A stretch of DNA of 43,853 nt from Chiloscyllium plagiosum (lineage: Eukaryota), in contig NC_057720.1 of the NCBI RefSeq assembly GCF_004010195.1, forward strand, positions 14,043,347 through 14,087,199. The letters run 5' to 3'. The notes under the pieces are model-generated. The model was not told the origin of the DNA. It searched no databases and worked only from the letters and a program-made list of their open reading frames with translations. The position numbers and the translations under genes were made by a program. Below, in pieces: positions 11,364 to 23,669 of the stretch (within the stretch, counting starts at the first letter, position 1; each line of letters starts with the position of its first letter).

Positions 11364-11995
11364 CCTGATGTAGCTTTGCCAGAAGTCATCTACATAAATG
11401 CTCATCCAGCCAAATTTAAACTAGTTACTGGCACCAGTGTTACAATGCTCTCTGATGATAGTTAATAATTAGTGGAGAGTAACATTTAACCAGCTGATTT
11501 AAAGCTGTATGTAGCTGAAGGCACTGTACCTACAAGTAGGCGTTCCAAGTTCACACATATAAAAGAGAAAGTGTGCACCATTAGAATCAACAAACTTCCA
11601 TATTGAGTAAGAAGACTTGCTTTGTCCAAAGCCTCCTGCGCAGAGTACAGGAACTCACTGGCACTGTGAAAGATGTAATTCAGCACCAGTATCCTGAATT
11701 GTTTCGCAGACTTGGAGAGCTGAAAACTCCTTGTAAATTCACTTTGAAAGCTGACACCCGTTTCTTTACAGCGAGGAAAATCTGTCACCCATAAGCAGAA
11801 ATAAACTACAAAACAATTGGAAGACATGGTCAATATGGGGATTATCTCCCGGGTAATTAAATCATGGTGCACAGTTGTGGCCACAGTTCCCAAGCCCAAT
11901 GGCTCCATACGGATTTTTGTGGATGACATGCACCATAACATTGAATTTGCTGGAGAAATCCATCCTATGTCTCCAGTTGATGTAAGTTTAGTGAA
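11364..11995 (+). pseudogene. Decayed Ty3/Gypsy pol (aspartic protease + RT N-terminus)
   Basis: INAHPAKFKLVTGTSVT (DTG active site now VTG at 11424), YPELFRRLGEL, MGIISRV..W...VPKPNGSIRIFVD and EIHPMSPVD. Confidence 0.85.
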
Positions 11996-12094
11996 GGCAG
12001 TTAACAGATTGTTACCAGCCTTGATTTACATGGCACCTATTACATTCTTCAGGATATCCAGAAGTTGTTTTTCTGTTGTTGTCACTCGTGTTTT

Positions 12095-12322
12095 AAAGTG
12101 GAAGTATCGGTGTTTGACTGGGGTAGACAAAATCATACAACACCGGGTTATACCCCTACGCATTTATTTGGAAGTACAAGCTTTCAAAGTGCTGCCCCTT
12201 CATCAGGTGGGGCAGGATCATAAGACACAGAATTTATAGCAAAAGATCAGTGTTATGCAAAATGTTTAATATATCTTTTTAAACCTGTTGGACTATAACC
12301 TGGTGCTGCGTGATTTTTAACT
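12095..12322. mobile_element. Penelope-derived palindromic element (same family as 8791 and 38632)
   Basis: Arms caacaccgggttata / tataacctggtgctgcgtgatttttaa. Decayed hammerhead on the minus strand around 12180-12207. Confidence 0.7.
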
Positions 12323-12339
12323 GGTGTTTTAGACGGTGG

Positions 12340-13210
12340 CAATCAAATTGTAAATGGGGGATGGCATACTGGCTTTTATTGGTAGAGGAATTGAGTTCCT
12401 GAGCCCTGAGGTCATGTTGCAGTTGTATAAGACTCTGGTGCGGCCGCATCTGGAGTATTGTGTGCAGTTTTGGTCGCCATACTATAGGAAGGATGGGGAG
12501 GCACNNNNNNNNNNNNNNNNNNNNNNNNNNNNNNNNNNNNNNNNNNNNNNNNNNNNNNNNNNNNNNNNNNNNNNNNNNNNNNNNNNNNNNNNNNNNNNNN
12601 NNNNNNNNNNNNNNNNNNNNNNNNNNNNNNNNNNNNNNNNNNNNNNNNNNNNNNNNNNNNNNNNNNNNNNNNNNNNNNNNNNNNNNNNNNNNNNNNNNNN
12701 NNNNNNNNNNNNNNNNNNNNNNNNNNNNNNNNNNNNNNNNNNNNNNNNNNNNNNNNNNNNNNNNNNNNNNNNNNNNNNNNNNNNNATGGTAGGAAGATCA
12801 TATGAGGAAAGACTGAGGCACGTGGGGTTGTCTTCATTGGAGGAAAGAAGGTTTAGGGGTGACTTGATAGAGGTGTATAAGATGATTAGGGGTTTAGATA
12901 GGGTCGACAGTGAGAATCTTTTTCCACGTATGGAGTCAGCTATTACAAGGGGGCATAGCTTTAAATTAAGGGGGGGTAGGTATAGGACAGATGTTAGGGG
13001 TAGGTTCTTTACTCAGCGAGTCATGAGTTCATAGAATGCCCTGCCAGTAGCAGTAGTGGACTCTCCCTCTTTATGGGCATTTAAGCGGGCATTGGATAGG
13101 CATATGGAGGATAGTGGGGCTAGTGTAGGTTAGGTGGGCTTGGATCGGCGCAACATCGAGGGCCGAAGGGCCTGTACTGCGCTGTATTCTTCTACGTTCT
13201 ATATGTTCTA
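12340..13210 (+). mobile_element. Young CR1 (HER1-like) LINE 3' fragment spanning N gap 12505-12785
   Basis: LYKTLVRPHLEYCVQFWSP, RGDLIEVYK, TRGHSFKL and FFTQRV; ttcta(t/c)g tail. Confidence 0.93.
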
Positions 13211-13340
13211 AATGGCAAGATTCCAAACAGAGGAATGAGATGAATGACCTTTCATTCTGTTTGATCATGTAATTCAAGTTATAAACATTGGCCAGGACAC
13301 TAGTAAGGACCATTGATCTTTTTCATTTGATCTTTCCTGA

Positions 13341-13630
13341 ATAAAAACTGAAGGAACTGCAGATGCTGTAAATCAGAAACAAAAACAGAAATTGCTGGAA
13401 AAGCTCAGCAGGTCTGGCAGCATTTGTGGAGAGAAATCAGAGTTACTGTTTTGGATTAAGAGCCCCTTCCATGCCAGATATTCTAAGTTAATTTAGTCCC
13501 ATTTGCCAGCATTTGGACCATTTCCCTATAAACGTTTCCCTTTTATATGCCTTTCAGATGCCTTTTAAATGTTGTACTAGTACTGAGGAAGGGTCACTCA
13601 AACCAAAACATACACTCTGAATATCTCTCA
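13341..13630. mobile_element. Penelope-derived palindromic element (decayed), with a CR1 tail piece inside
   Basis: gaactgcagatgctg...ctggaaaagctcagcaggtctggcagcat arm and a decayed CTGAGGA-AGGGTC hammerhead near 13584. Confidence 0.55.
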
Positions 13631-13819
13631 ATAAGATCTTTCCTGTCTACCTAAATAGGCCTTCATGTTACGACCTCATTTGAAGGCCAGTATTCTCTAA
13701 GCAATAGATAGTTTTGAAATCTAATTCCAGAAATAATCCAAACCATTCCTCCACCATTCTCAGTGGCCCTGGTATGGCCTCCTCCTGTGCCATTGTAATT
13801 CTCCACTCTAATACTTCCA

Positions 13820-13945
13820 GCTCCCCGTCCTTAATCCTCTTACACTGTTCCAATGAAGCTCAGTGCAAGCGTGTGGAATGGCATTGCATATTTCTACCAA
13901 GCATTGTACAGTCTGCTTGCCTTAAAATTTGAGTTTAACAAGTAG
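13820..13945 (+). mobile_element. Decayed Penelope GIY-YIG endonuclease C-terminus
   Basis: LLHCSNEAQCKRVEWHCIFLPSIVQSACLKI/EFN parallels the better-preserved copy at 26150-26350. Confidence 0.6.
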
Positions 13946-14059
13946 AGATCTGAAATAATATTCTCTGACAAAAAGATAGTTCTGTTTATCTGCCCACCTG
14001 AAGTTTCCCAGCATTTTCTTCTCTTATCATATTTTAGCTCGATTCACATCGAAACTGAA

Positions 14060-14190
14060 CCCTCTGCAGGCTATCATCCCTGTAAATCTCTTCTGTACCT
14101 TTCCCACAGCCTTGGCAATGCTCCACGAAGTGAGGTATCCAAAACTGGACACAACAATATTCTAATTGCAGCCGAACCAATCTGGGGCTG
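14060..14190 (-). mobile_element. CR1 ORF2 fragment
   Basis: LVRLQLEYCCVQFWIPH. Confidence 0.75.
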
Positions 14191-15011
14191 CATAATCCTG
14201 TTTCTGCCTGTGGGCATGCAAAGTACAGCAATGCCTTACTAATAGGTTAAGTGTTCCTCCACTAATTTTGTCAGGAGTAATTTTAGGCTGTTGTGCTACA
14301 TAACAAGTTCAGGCTATCACGACAATTGGATCTTATCAAGTCTGTTCTGAGCACTTTAGTACAAGGTCTGTCTCTCCAGCTCTTGTGCCTGCAATATGTT
14401 CACACTCTGCTTTACAGCTAGATGCATTTTTTTTAACTGATTTCAATCAGACAGGCTAACCAGATAATATCTGATTGCACTGAAAAGCCCCCAGTGCTTC
14501 ACTGTTAATAAAATTTCCTTTATTTTTCTGAAAGGGAACGTTCTAATGTTCACATTTCTTTTTGCTGAGAACCACAGAAACAATCTACTATAGTGGAAAA
14601 GTGATATTCATGATGAGGTCAGAGCTGGACCTCTTCCAGAGTTTGTTGCAGTTGGTGAGATGGAATAGTGAAATCGAGATTAGAGGGAGGTGCAGCTGTC
14701 TCAGTGGGTCCTGGCTCTCTCTCCGAGGCATGGATGAAAGCCAAGTGTTTTAATTACAAAGTTACTGTCACCATCAGGAACCTTCTTAATGCTCAAGCCA
14801 TTACGGAATTAGGATTCACTTTAGCAGTCTCTGGTCTCTTTGGGCAGGAGAAGGATGGAATAGACCAGTGAGCGCTGCTAACATCCCTATGTCGTTGGCA
14901 TGCAGGCATCAACAAGTCACAAAGTGAAAACCCATCAAAATGTGAGTTCAGATGCTTGCCTTCTGCAAGGCAGAACTATGTACTGCAGTTTGTTGGCATT
15001 TATGTGAGTTA

Positions 15012-15510
15012 GCAACATAGAAACTAGGACCTTCAAGACTAGTCCACCATTTAAAATATCATGGCTCATCCTCCATCTCAATACCCTATTCCTGCTTTCT
15101 CTTTATACCATTTGATGCCTTAGTGTCTAAAAAAATTATCAATCCTGTATCCAGTGCGCCATCCACCTGTGGTAGCGCATCTCATAGGAGGGACCACCCT
15201 CTGAGTGAAGAAATGATCTCTCCTTTGTCCTAATAGGCTTACCCTATGGAGGTTCAGAACACATTTCACAGCATGTTGCTGGGCATGGAAGGCTTGCGTT
15301 ATAAAGATAGGCCAGGACTTCTTTCGGAAGAGAGTAGGATGTTGAGAGATGACCTTATAGACGTTCATAAAATCAGGAGGGGCATCGACAGGGTTAACGA
15401 TAGGTGTCTTTTCCCTGGGATGCACAATTTCAAGTTTGGGGACACATTTTTAAGCTGAGAGGAGAGAAATTTAAAAAAGACATGGGGGTTTTACACAGAG
15501 GTTGGTTCAC
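15012..15510. mobile_element. Two adjacent CR1 3' fragments (minus ~15012-15240, plus ~15247-15510)
   Basis: HFFTQRVV on the minus strand; LRDDLIDVHKIRRGIDRV on the plus strand. Confidence 0.75.
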
Positions 15511-16269
15511 AAGGAATGAACACCAGGACAAGAGATCTTTGGTCAGGAACCACCCTAAAGAGGTGAGACATACTAGGCTCTACGGTGAGACTCAAAATAT
15601 TTTGAAAAGGTAGCAAATAGTACAACTGCTAGTTGCCATCCTGCACATTAATCAATTTAAAACCTCAACTTTAAGGACTCATTACCATTCAATAGTTTCA
15701 CATATTAAACGTCTTTAGGTAAATATATGTTCCACTTCAACAAGTTGGGGAATGATATCTCAAAACAATTTCAGGCATCTGTAGAGAAATTGCACTTCTA
15801 GGTTGTGAGTTTGTGGCATAGATTGGTGAGAGATAATTTTTCAAGTTCTGGTGAAAAGTTGTTGACCTGAAATGTTAACTCTGTTTTGCTTAACGACACC
15901 AGTTTTACCAGGTTCTACACCATTAGCATTTTCTGGATGATCATTGACCAGAGGCTGCTTTGAGCTAGATCATGGTCTCAACATCATGGGGGTAACTGCA
16001 AAGTAGAAGTCATGGTGGCAGTATAGAAGAATCATAGCACAGGAGGAGGTCACTTGGCCTATTGTTTTAACGCTAGCTACACGATAAGGTTAACATCCTC
16101 TGCTCAGCTCTAGGACCATTGTCCAAAATATTTTGGACACGTCTAAGCTCTTTCCAGATGCAATAAAGATTTCTGTCTCTACCCTATTTTCAGGCAGTGA
16201 TTCCCAGAATCCTCCCCTTTCTAACTCTGAGAATCAAAAGCTTCTATAAAGTCTCTCCCCCATCAGTAA

Positions 16270-16700
16270 GGTTTCAGACCAAACATGTGGTGGAATATTC
16301 ATTATCTTTCTGGAAAGGATGCAGCTAGAACAACATTTAGAAGCTCAAGACCATTCAGGACAAAACAGTGGCCCAGGTTGGTTCGTCCGACACTAGCTGC
16401 AATACCCACCTCCTCTATCTCGTGCACCGTGCCTGCTGTAAGTGCCATTGATATGATCCAGTGTAACAACTCACCAAAGTTACATTCAAAGAATCTCTCT
16501 ACCACTTCAACAAGAGCAGAAATGAAATGGGAGTGCCTACACCTTCAAGTTCCTCAGCAAACTGCATACTGTCTTGCTATGGACAGATACATTTTGACTC
16601 CATAGCTGGTGGCTCAATATCCAGGAATTCCCTCCCTAACCTCACTGTAGAGACACCCTCACCATACGAAAGATGACTAGTCAAGGTTAAGGCAGACCAT
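16270..16700 (+). mobile_element. Old CR1-group LINE 3' fragment (family of 19705-21945)
   Basis: Homology by eye to 21020-21220 and 21650-21880 (gcagct..aacaaca...ccattcaggacaaa). Confidence 0.6.
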
Positions 16701-16866
16701 CCCTTTACCACTCACTTCCGAAGAAGTCATATCAGACTCAAAATGTAAACTCTGTTTTTCTCACTCTCCACAGGCACTACGAGATCTGCTGAGTTTTCTA
16801 GAACTTACTGTTTTTATTTCACCCTCTTTGAGCATCAGAAGTTGTACAATTCATGTCATTTTCTCA

Positions 16867-17310
16867 GTAACTGCTCTGCCCAAGATTGCAACAAATTGCA
16901 GAGAGTTGTGAACACAGCCCAGCTCATCACAAAACCAGCCTCCCATGCATTGACTCCAGCTATACTTCTCAACAAGTTGCGAAAGTGGCCAACGTAATCC
17001 AGAGCCCCTCCTACTCCAGCTATACTCTTTTCCACCACCCTCTGCATCAGGCTGAAGATACAAAAGTTTGAAAACACGTACTAACAGATTCAAGAACAGC
17101 TTCTTCCCCGCTGTTGTCAGATATTCGAATGGGCCTCTCATATATTAGATTTGATCTTTCTCTGTTGCTGTAACACTATATTCTGCATTCTGCTCTATTA
17201 ACCTGATGTACTTATGTAAGGTATGGTTTGCCTGGATAGCACACTAAACAAAACTTTTCACTGTATCACGGTAAATGTGGCAATAACAAAATAAATTCAA
17301 ATCAAATCCC
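16867..17310 (+). mobile_element. Rex1/Babar-type LINE 3' end
   Basis: NCSAQDCNKLQRVVNTAQ...RYKSLKTRTNRFKNSFFPAV, followed by a 3' UTR ending in caaatcaaatc. Confidence 0.85.
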
Positions 17311-17844
17311 AAGAATGTTTGTTGAAAAATACAATGCATATATGCATAAGTGATGTAAAGAATTTTAGTATGGATTTGGAACGCAGCTCGAGACATTACT
17401 GCAAATGGATGCCTCCTCACAAATTATGATAAATTGCTCCCTTTAATGTTACAAAATATGGAACAACATAAAATATTGAGCTTACACATAAACATGTAAT
17501 AGTTCTTGAATGTCCAATAAAGATTTAGTAGGGTTACAAACAGAGAAGGCAAATCACGTTAATTATACATTTAAATAGCTTAATTACCAATGTAGTTCAT
17601 TATTATAGATCCTTATTCCCCAAAGCTTGTTCCGTAATGCACAATTGGAGCTTGTTATCCAGCAATATTTGGACTTCTTTCTTCCTTTCTTCCTCAAAAA
17701 TCAATTAATTCTACAATGGGCAGCTTTCTCATTAAAAGTGATTCCTTCTGGAGGTATGTAATTGATTGTAAAGCAGTCTTGAGATGTCCTCAAGTTATGA
17801 AAGGCACTATATAAACACAAGACTTTTTTTTAGTTAGGGGAAAT

Positions 17845-18440
17845 AGTGATGCAGTGGTAATGTCACTGGACTAATAATCCAAAATACCAGGCTGAATGTC
17901 TGGGGACATGTACTTGATCCCACTTCAGCAGATGGTGAAATCTAAATTCAATTAAAAATCTGTAAATAAAAGCTAGCCTAATGCTGACCATGAAACCATT
18001 GGCGATTGTCACAAAATGACATGTGATTCACTATAGCTAGATAGGATAGAGAATCTGCCATGTGTACTTGGTCCTGTCTACATGTGATACTAGATCAACA
18101 GTAATGTAGTTAACTCTTAACTGCTCTCTTCAATGTGGGACCGAGAGTGTGGTGCTAGAAAAGCACAGCAGGTCAGGCAGCATCCGCGGAGCAGGAGAAT
18201 CGACGTTTTGGGCATAATGGAATGATGAAGGGCTTATCGATTCTCCTGCTCCTCGGATGCTCACTGACCTGCTGTGCTTTTCCAGTAACATACTCTTGAC
18301 CCTGATCTCTAGCATCTTCAGTCCTCACTTTCTCCTCCCTGCTCTCTGAAATGGCCCAACAAGCTACTCTGTCATATCAAACTGCTATAATGTGTAACTA
18401 AATGAATGAAACTGGTTGGACCATATTGTATTGACACAGG
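17845..18440 (+). mobile_element. tRNA-derived SINE (non-HE1 family) interrupted by a Penelope-derived element
   Basis: Head gcagtggtaatgtcactggacta.taatcca. The body resumes after the insert with gaaatggcc. Homologous to 31545-32560 and 42900-43510. Confidence 0.65.
18130..18338. mobile_element. Penelope-derived palindromic element; 9-bp TSD
   Basis: Arms gaaaagcacagcaggtcag / ctgacctgctgtgcttttc. Direct repeat ctgctctct at 18121-18129 and 18339-18347. Confidence 0.8.
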
Positions 18441-18728
18441 CTTTCCTAAAATTTCTAAACAAACTCTCCTGGCTAGAAACTTTACCAACTAAATCTTTCT
18501 GCTCAGATGTTTATTTCTTTGAACAAAAGAGTAGTGCTCCAAAAGCTTGTGATTTCAATACATCTGTTGGACTTTAACCTGGTGTGGTGTGGCTTCTAAC
18601 CTTCTACGAATGAAACTAAACTTGCTCCTAAATGTAAGATTGGTGTCTTCTGAGCTAAAAGAGAAAACATTGCTCAAATCTAGATTCTTCTGAACTGAAA
18701 ACAAAGTCAATGGCCTGATACATTTACT

Positions 18729-18925
18729 TCTCCATTTATCTCTCCATCCTGTAGCCTTTTGCCCCCTTGTATCCATCCTGTAGGCTTCCTGCCTCTATTC
18801 ATGATGAAGGGCTTTTGCCCAAAATGTCGATTTTCCTGCTCCTCGGATGCTGCCTGACCTGCTGTGCTTTTCCAGCACCACTCTGATCTAAACTCTGGTT
18901 CCCAGCATCTGCAGTCCTCACTTTT
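18729..18925 (+). mobile_element. Penelope-derived single-arm element; 16-bp flanking direct repeat
   Basis: Decayed hammerhead (tgatgaagggcttttgccc-aaaa-tgtc). gcctgatacatttact at 18713-18728 and 18926-18941. Confidence 0.78.
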
Positions 18926-19099
18926 GCCTGATACATTTACTATACCTAGCTGTTGCATACTTCCATTAACACCACAAGGGTTTGAAGTCACCTGTTTTCT
19001 GACAAAATGTTGGATTCTATAACAGTTTCTGAAGGACTTTCTGACCTCATATTCTTTTTTTTTAAAGAAAGCCTATCACTGAAGTAACCAGCACCCATC

Positions 19100-19695
19100 T
19101 AGCAGTCCACAAAGTCCCACATAAGAGATTAATGTGTAAAATTAAAACATTGGTGATTGAGATGGATAGAAAATTGGTTAGCAGAAAGGAATTAAAAGGT
19201 GGAAATAAAAGGACCTTTATCTAAACGACAGAGCGGCAGACAGTGACTCGTGTGGTACCACAGAGATTGCTATTAGATTCCCAGCTACACATTTCCATCT
19301 CTGACTTTTCCAGCAACACATTTCCATCTCTGACTTTTCCAGCAACACATTTCCATCTCTGATCTCCAGCATCTGCAGACCTCACTTTCTCCTCAAAGAT
19401 TCCCAGCTATTCACAACATATGTTAATGATTTAGATGATGGAACTAAACATTATATTTCAAAATGTACAGATGTCATAAAGCTGGGTGAGATGTGAGGAG
19501 GTTGCCCTTTGATTTGGAAGGGTTGAGTGAGTGGGCAAACGCACGGCAGAGGCAGTATGATGTGGATAAATGTGAGATTATCTGCTTTGGTAAAAAAAGG
19601 TAGGAAGGTAGATTATTATTTGAATGCCTATAAATTGAGAGGGAGTGTTCAATAAATTGAGGGGTATCCTCATGCACTGTCACTGAAAGTAAGTA
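19100..19695 (+). mobile_element. Decayed CR1 RT fragment
   Basis: KVPHKRL, WIENWL, GVPQ-like gtggtaccacagaga, YVNDLD and KCE motifs. Confidence 0.7.
19288..19396 (+). mobile_element. Penelope-derived tail insert with a tandem 29-bp repeat; 13-bp TSD
   Basis: acacatttccatctctgacttttccagca present ~2.6 times. agattcccagcta at 19275-19287 and 19397-19409. Confidence 0.8.
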
Positions 19696-19704
19696 TGGGG
19701 GTGC

Positions 19705-21945
19705 ATAGGTGGTAAAGAACAGCATAAGCAGCAAATGATAGACAGAGCTAAGTGTCCCATAACCAACAGATCAGATCTGAGCTCCACAGTCCTGCCACAT
19801 CCAGTCGTCAATGGTGGACAATTAAACAACTCACTGGAGGACGAGGCTCCACAAACATCCCCATCCTCAATGTTAGAAGAGCCCAGCATATCAGTGCAAA
19901 AGAAAAGGCTAAGGCACACTCAGCAATCTTCAGCCAGAAGTGCCGAATGGACGATTCATCTCGGTCTACTCTGATGGTCCCCAGCATCATAGATACCAGT
20001 CTTCAGCCAATTTGATACACTCCACATACTAAGGCTATGGGCTCTGACAACATTCCGGCAATAGCACTGAAGGCTTGTCCTCCAGAATTTGCAGCTCCCT
20101 TGGCCAAGCTGTTACAGTACACTATTGATAACTTCCTGACAATGTGGAAAATTGCCCACCAATGTCTTGTACACTAAAATCAGGACAAATCTAATCCAGC
20201 CAATTACCACCCCATCAGTCTACTCTTGATCATCAGTGATGGAAAGTGTCATCAACAGCGCTGTCAAGCAGCACCTGCTCAGCAATAACCTGCTCAGCGA
20301 TGTCCAGTTTGGGTTCCACCAGGACCATTCAGCTCCTGACCTCATTACAACCTTTGTTCAAACATGGACAAAAGAAGCTGAATCCCAGACATGGGATGAG
20401 ACTGACAGCCCTTGACATCAAGGCCGCAGTTGTCCAAACATAGCATGAAGGAGCCCTGGCAAAACAGGAATCAATGGATATAAGGGGGCAAAGGCTCCAT
20501 AGATCGGAGTCATATCTGGAAGATAGAAAGATGGTTGTGATTGTTGCAGATCAATCATCTCAGCTCCAGGACATCTCTGCAGGAGCTCCACAGGGCAGTG
20601 TCCTAAACCCAACCATCTTCAGTTGCTTCCCTCCACCGTAAGGCCACAATTGGAGATGTTTGCCCACGATCGCACAATGTTCAGCACCATTTGCTACTCC
20701 TCAGATATTGAAGTAGTCCATGTTGAACTGCAACAACATCCAGACGATGTCCACCGTGGGCTGACAAATGGCAAGTAAAATTAATGTCACACAAATGTCA
20801 GGCAATCTCCAGTGAGAGACAACATACGACCACCCCTTGACATTCAATAACATAAACATCATTGACTCCCCTGTAATCAATATGCTTGGGGTTAACATCC
20901 AGCAGAAACTCAACTAAACTCTCCATACAAAATCAGAGGTTACAAGAGCAGGTAAGAGGCTAGGAATACTGCAGAGAATAACTCACCTCCTGTCTCCCCA
21001 AAACCTGTCCACCATTTACAAGGCACAAGTCAAGATGTGATGGAATACTCCCCACTTCCCTGGATGGGGCCAGCTCCAACAACACTCAAGAAGCTTGACC
21101 CATTCAGGACAAAGCAGCCCGCTTGATAGGCACTATGCCCACAAACATCCATTTCCTTCATCATTGACGCTCAGTAGCAGCAGTGTGTACTGTCTATAAG
21201 ATGCACTGCAGAAATTCACCAAGGAAGATCGTATGAGGAAAGACTGAGACACTTGGGGCTTTTTTCATTAGAGAAAAGAAGGTTAAGGGGTGACTTGATT
21301 GAGGTGTACAAGATGATTAGGGGGTTAGATAGGGTTGACAGTGTGAACCTTTTCCCGCGTATGGAGTCGGGTATTACAAGGGGGCATAGCTTTAAATTAA
21401 GGGGGGGTAGATATAGGACTGAAGTTAGGGGTAGGTTCTTCACTCGGCGAGTCGTAAGTTCATGGAATGCCCTGCCAGTAGCACTGGTGGACTCTCCCTC
21501 TTTATGGGCATTTAAGCGGGCATTGGATAGGTATATGGAGGATAGTGGGTTAGTATAGGTTAGGTGGGCTTGGATCGGCGCAACATCGAGGGCCAAAGGG
21601 CCTGTACTGCGCTGTATTCTTCTATGTTCTATGTTCTATGTTCTATCCTTGTACAGCACCTTCCAAACCCATGACCACTTCCATCTCAAAGGATAAGGGC
21701 AGCAGACACATGGGAATGCCATCACCTGCAACTTCCCATCCAAGCCACTCACCATCCTGACATAGAAACATATCACTGTTCTTTCACTGTTGCTGGGTCA
21801 AACATTCTGAAATTCCTCCTCTGAGGTCAACTGACAGCAATGGTTGAAGAAGGCAACTCACCATCACCTTCTCAAGGGCAACTAGGGATGGGCAATAAAT
21901 GCTGGCCCAGCCAGTGATGTCCACATCCCATGAATAAATATAAAG
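19705..21945 (+). mobile_element. 5'-truncated CR1-group LINE (RT to 3' end), decayed, with a nested younger CR1
   Basis: WWTIKQLTGG, NPANYHPISL, QFGFHQDHS, ALDIKAA, SAGAPQGSVL, MFAHD (cf. FADD) and WADKWQV; 3' end gggcaataaatgctggcc. Confidence 0.88.
21222..21646 (+). mobile_element. Young CR1 (HER1-like) 3' fragment nested in the older LINE
   Basis: Open ORF2 C-terminus (21253-21558), (ttctatg)n tail, and close similarity to 12791-13210. Confidence 0.93.
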
Positions 21946-23669
21946 GCATCAAAAAGTGCTTTGGAACCAATTTATTCCTATTATGTAGGAAATTACTTCT
22001 GAGAATTTAAATCATAGCCTTGTGTAATGGTACTGACTTCAATCTGCATTGTTAGAAGTCCTTTGTACATTTTCATCTTACAGCGGAAAGAGAATTGTTC
22101 AGTCTAATTGTCCAATGCCTCTCCAGGCAAGGTGCCATTAGGAACATCAGGCCTTTTTGCCATGATATTGACAATCTCTGAGCACTGTTCAGATGTTTAC
22201 AAGTAACATGTTAACTAGGAGAGTGGGGAAAGACATGCTCTACATATACCAATAACTCCTTACTCTCAAAAAAAGAGATGAATGGTAATGTGGCCATCCA
22301 ACAGCAGTGATTTTATAAAAAGTGTGTGTTTAAGAGTAAAATATCCGCATAAAGGTTACTTTTTTAAACCACTGAGAAACTGCTTTGGATAACCCACATT
22401 TAACAATCTCAAAGCACTAATTACACAAGGGGATTAAATGCTTGGTTACGTTCACAGAAGCATTACACTTAAAGGTAGAGGTGCCTTGTGCATTGTCCTC
22501 AATGACCTTTTATGCTATTTTATTCCAAAACTTCTTTCTGTGCTGGAATCCCACAGCTTAATGTCAGGTCCGCTGTTTTCAGTTTGAAATGCTTAACTAA
22601 GAGTGAGCAATGCTATACTCTTACCAGCATGTGACTATCCTACAAGCCAACAGCAGAATCTCTGTAATGATTATAGTAGTGTGGTCATGCTGTCCCTTAA
22701 TCCACTTCAACAAATTAATTCTCAATCCACACTTTACGCTATTAATCACAGAGCTAAGGCATTAGTGTGCAGCAAACAAAGCATCAATTAAACCAATTTT
22801 TGAAGCAAGTTAACCTGTAATTGTGTGGAGCTTTTTCTTGTCGTTAAGCAATAAATGTGATCACGACAAGGTACGTGTGAGTTGTAATTCCACTGATTCT
22901 CTGGCCTCTGTAAACTTCAATAGGTCAGGTTTTTAATAGTGAGTTTGCAACAGCACCAGTTCCTAGAAATTACTATGTAGTCTCCAAGAGGATAAATAAG
23001 GCTGCAGCTGGAGGTGGGCTGTAATTTCTGTCAGTGTTCTGGATAATCTTGAGTTACTTAGCCCAGATGAGAGACTTCCCTTGACTGAATCACACACGAT
23101 GGTGCATTTCACCACTGAGTCATTGGAGTAGCACATTATCACCAATACGGTCTCTATTCAACAAATGCTTAGTCTCAAAATGTGTAATATATGTTCTGCG
23201 GCATATGAAATCTTGGTGATTTATAGAACCTTTGGGATTCATTACTTTTGATTAAAATGCAGTCAGAGAGGAGATTTACAACACTTAAGCAATGTTTGAT
23301 TTTATGATTACATTATATTACATAGTTTACTTAAAGGCGCAGTGACAAATGCGACATAAATGCAAATTGCATTCTATCCAACTGTTTAATCATTTAGCAG
23401 CCACGAAGCAAGACACTTGCTGCATTCATGCGATAAGGAAATGAGATGCCCACCCTCCACAGACACCAATCCCCAAAAATGAAAAGCACACACCAGAAAT
23501 AGGGCAGTGCCAACAACAGTACGTCCCCCTTGCATTGCACCCAGAAAAGGTATCAACAGAACAGGGGGACCGGAAAAATATACTGGGAAGAGAAATGATG
23601 GGAAATGTTCAGGCAGGGAAAGCAGAGAACATGGAGCAATCAGAAAGTTAGAGGTGTTCTATGGAAGGC

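Noticed and set aside
12354..13034. 226-aa ORF and overlapping ORFs
   Set aside because: They span the N gap; the real parts are a CR1 ORF2 C-terminus. The gap looks longer than the missing LINE sequence, so its content is unknown.
22584..22876. Plus-strand exon candidate (ttttcag| ... aag|gtacgt) and an 8-bp inverted repeat cttgtcgt/acgacaag
   Set aside because: Stops in all frames; an 8-bp stem is expected by chance in 44 kb.
23523..23570. Hairpin gtccccct...agggggac
   Set aside because: Short stem with a long loop and no ncRNA motif; compatible with chance.
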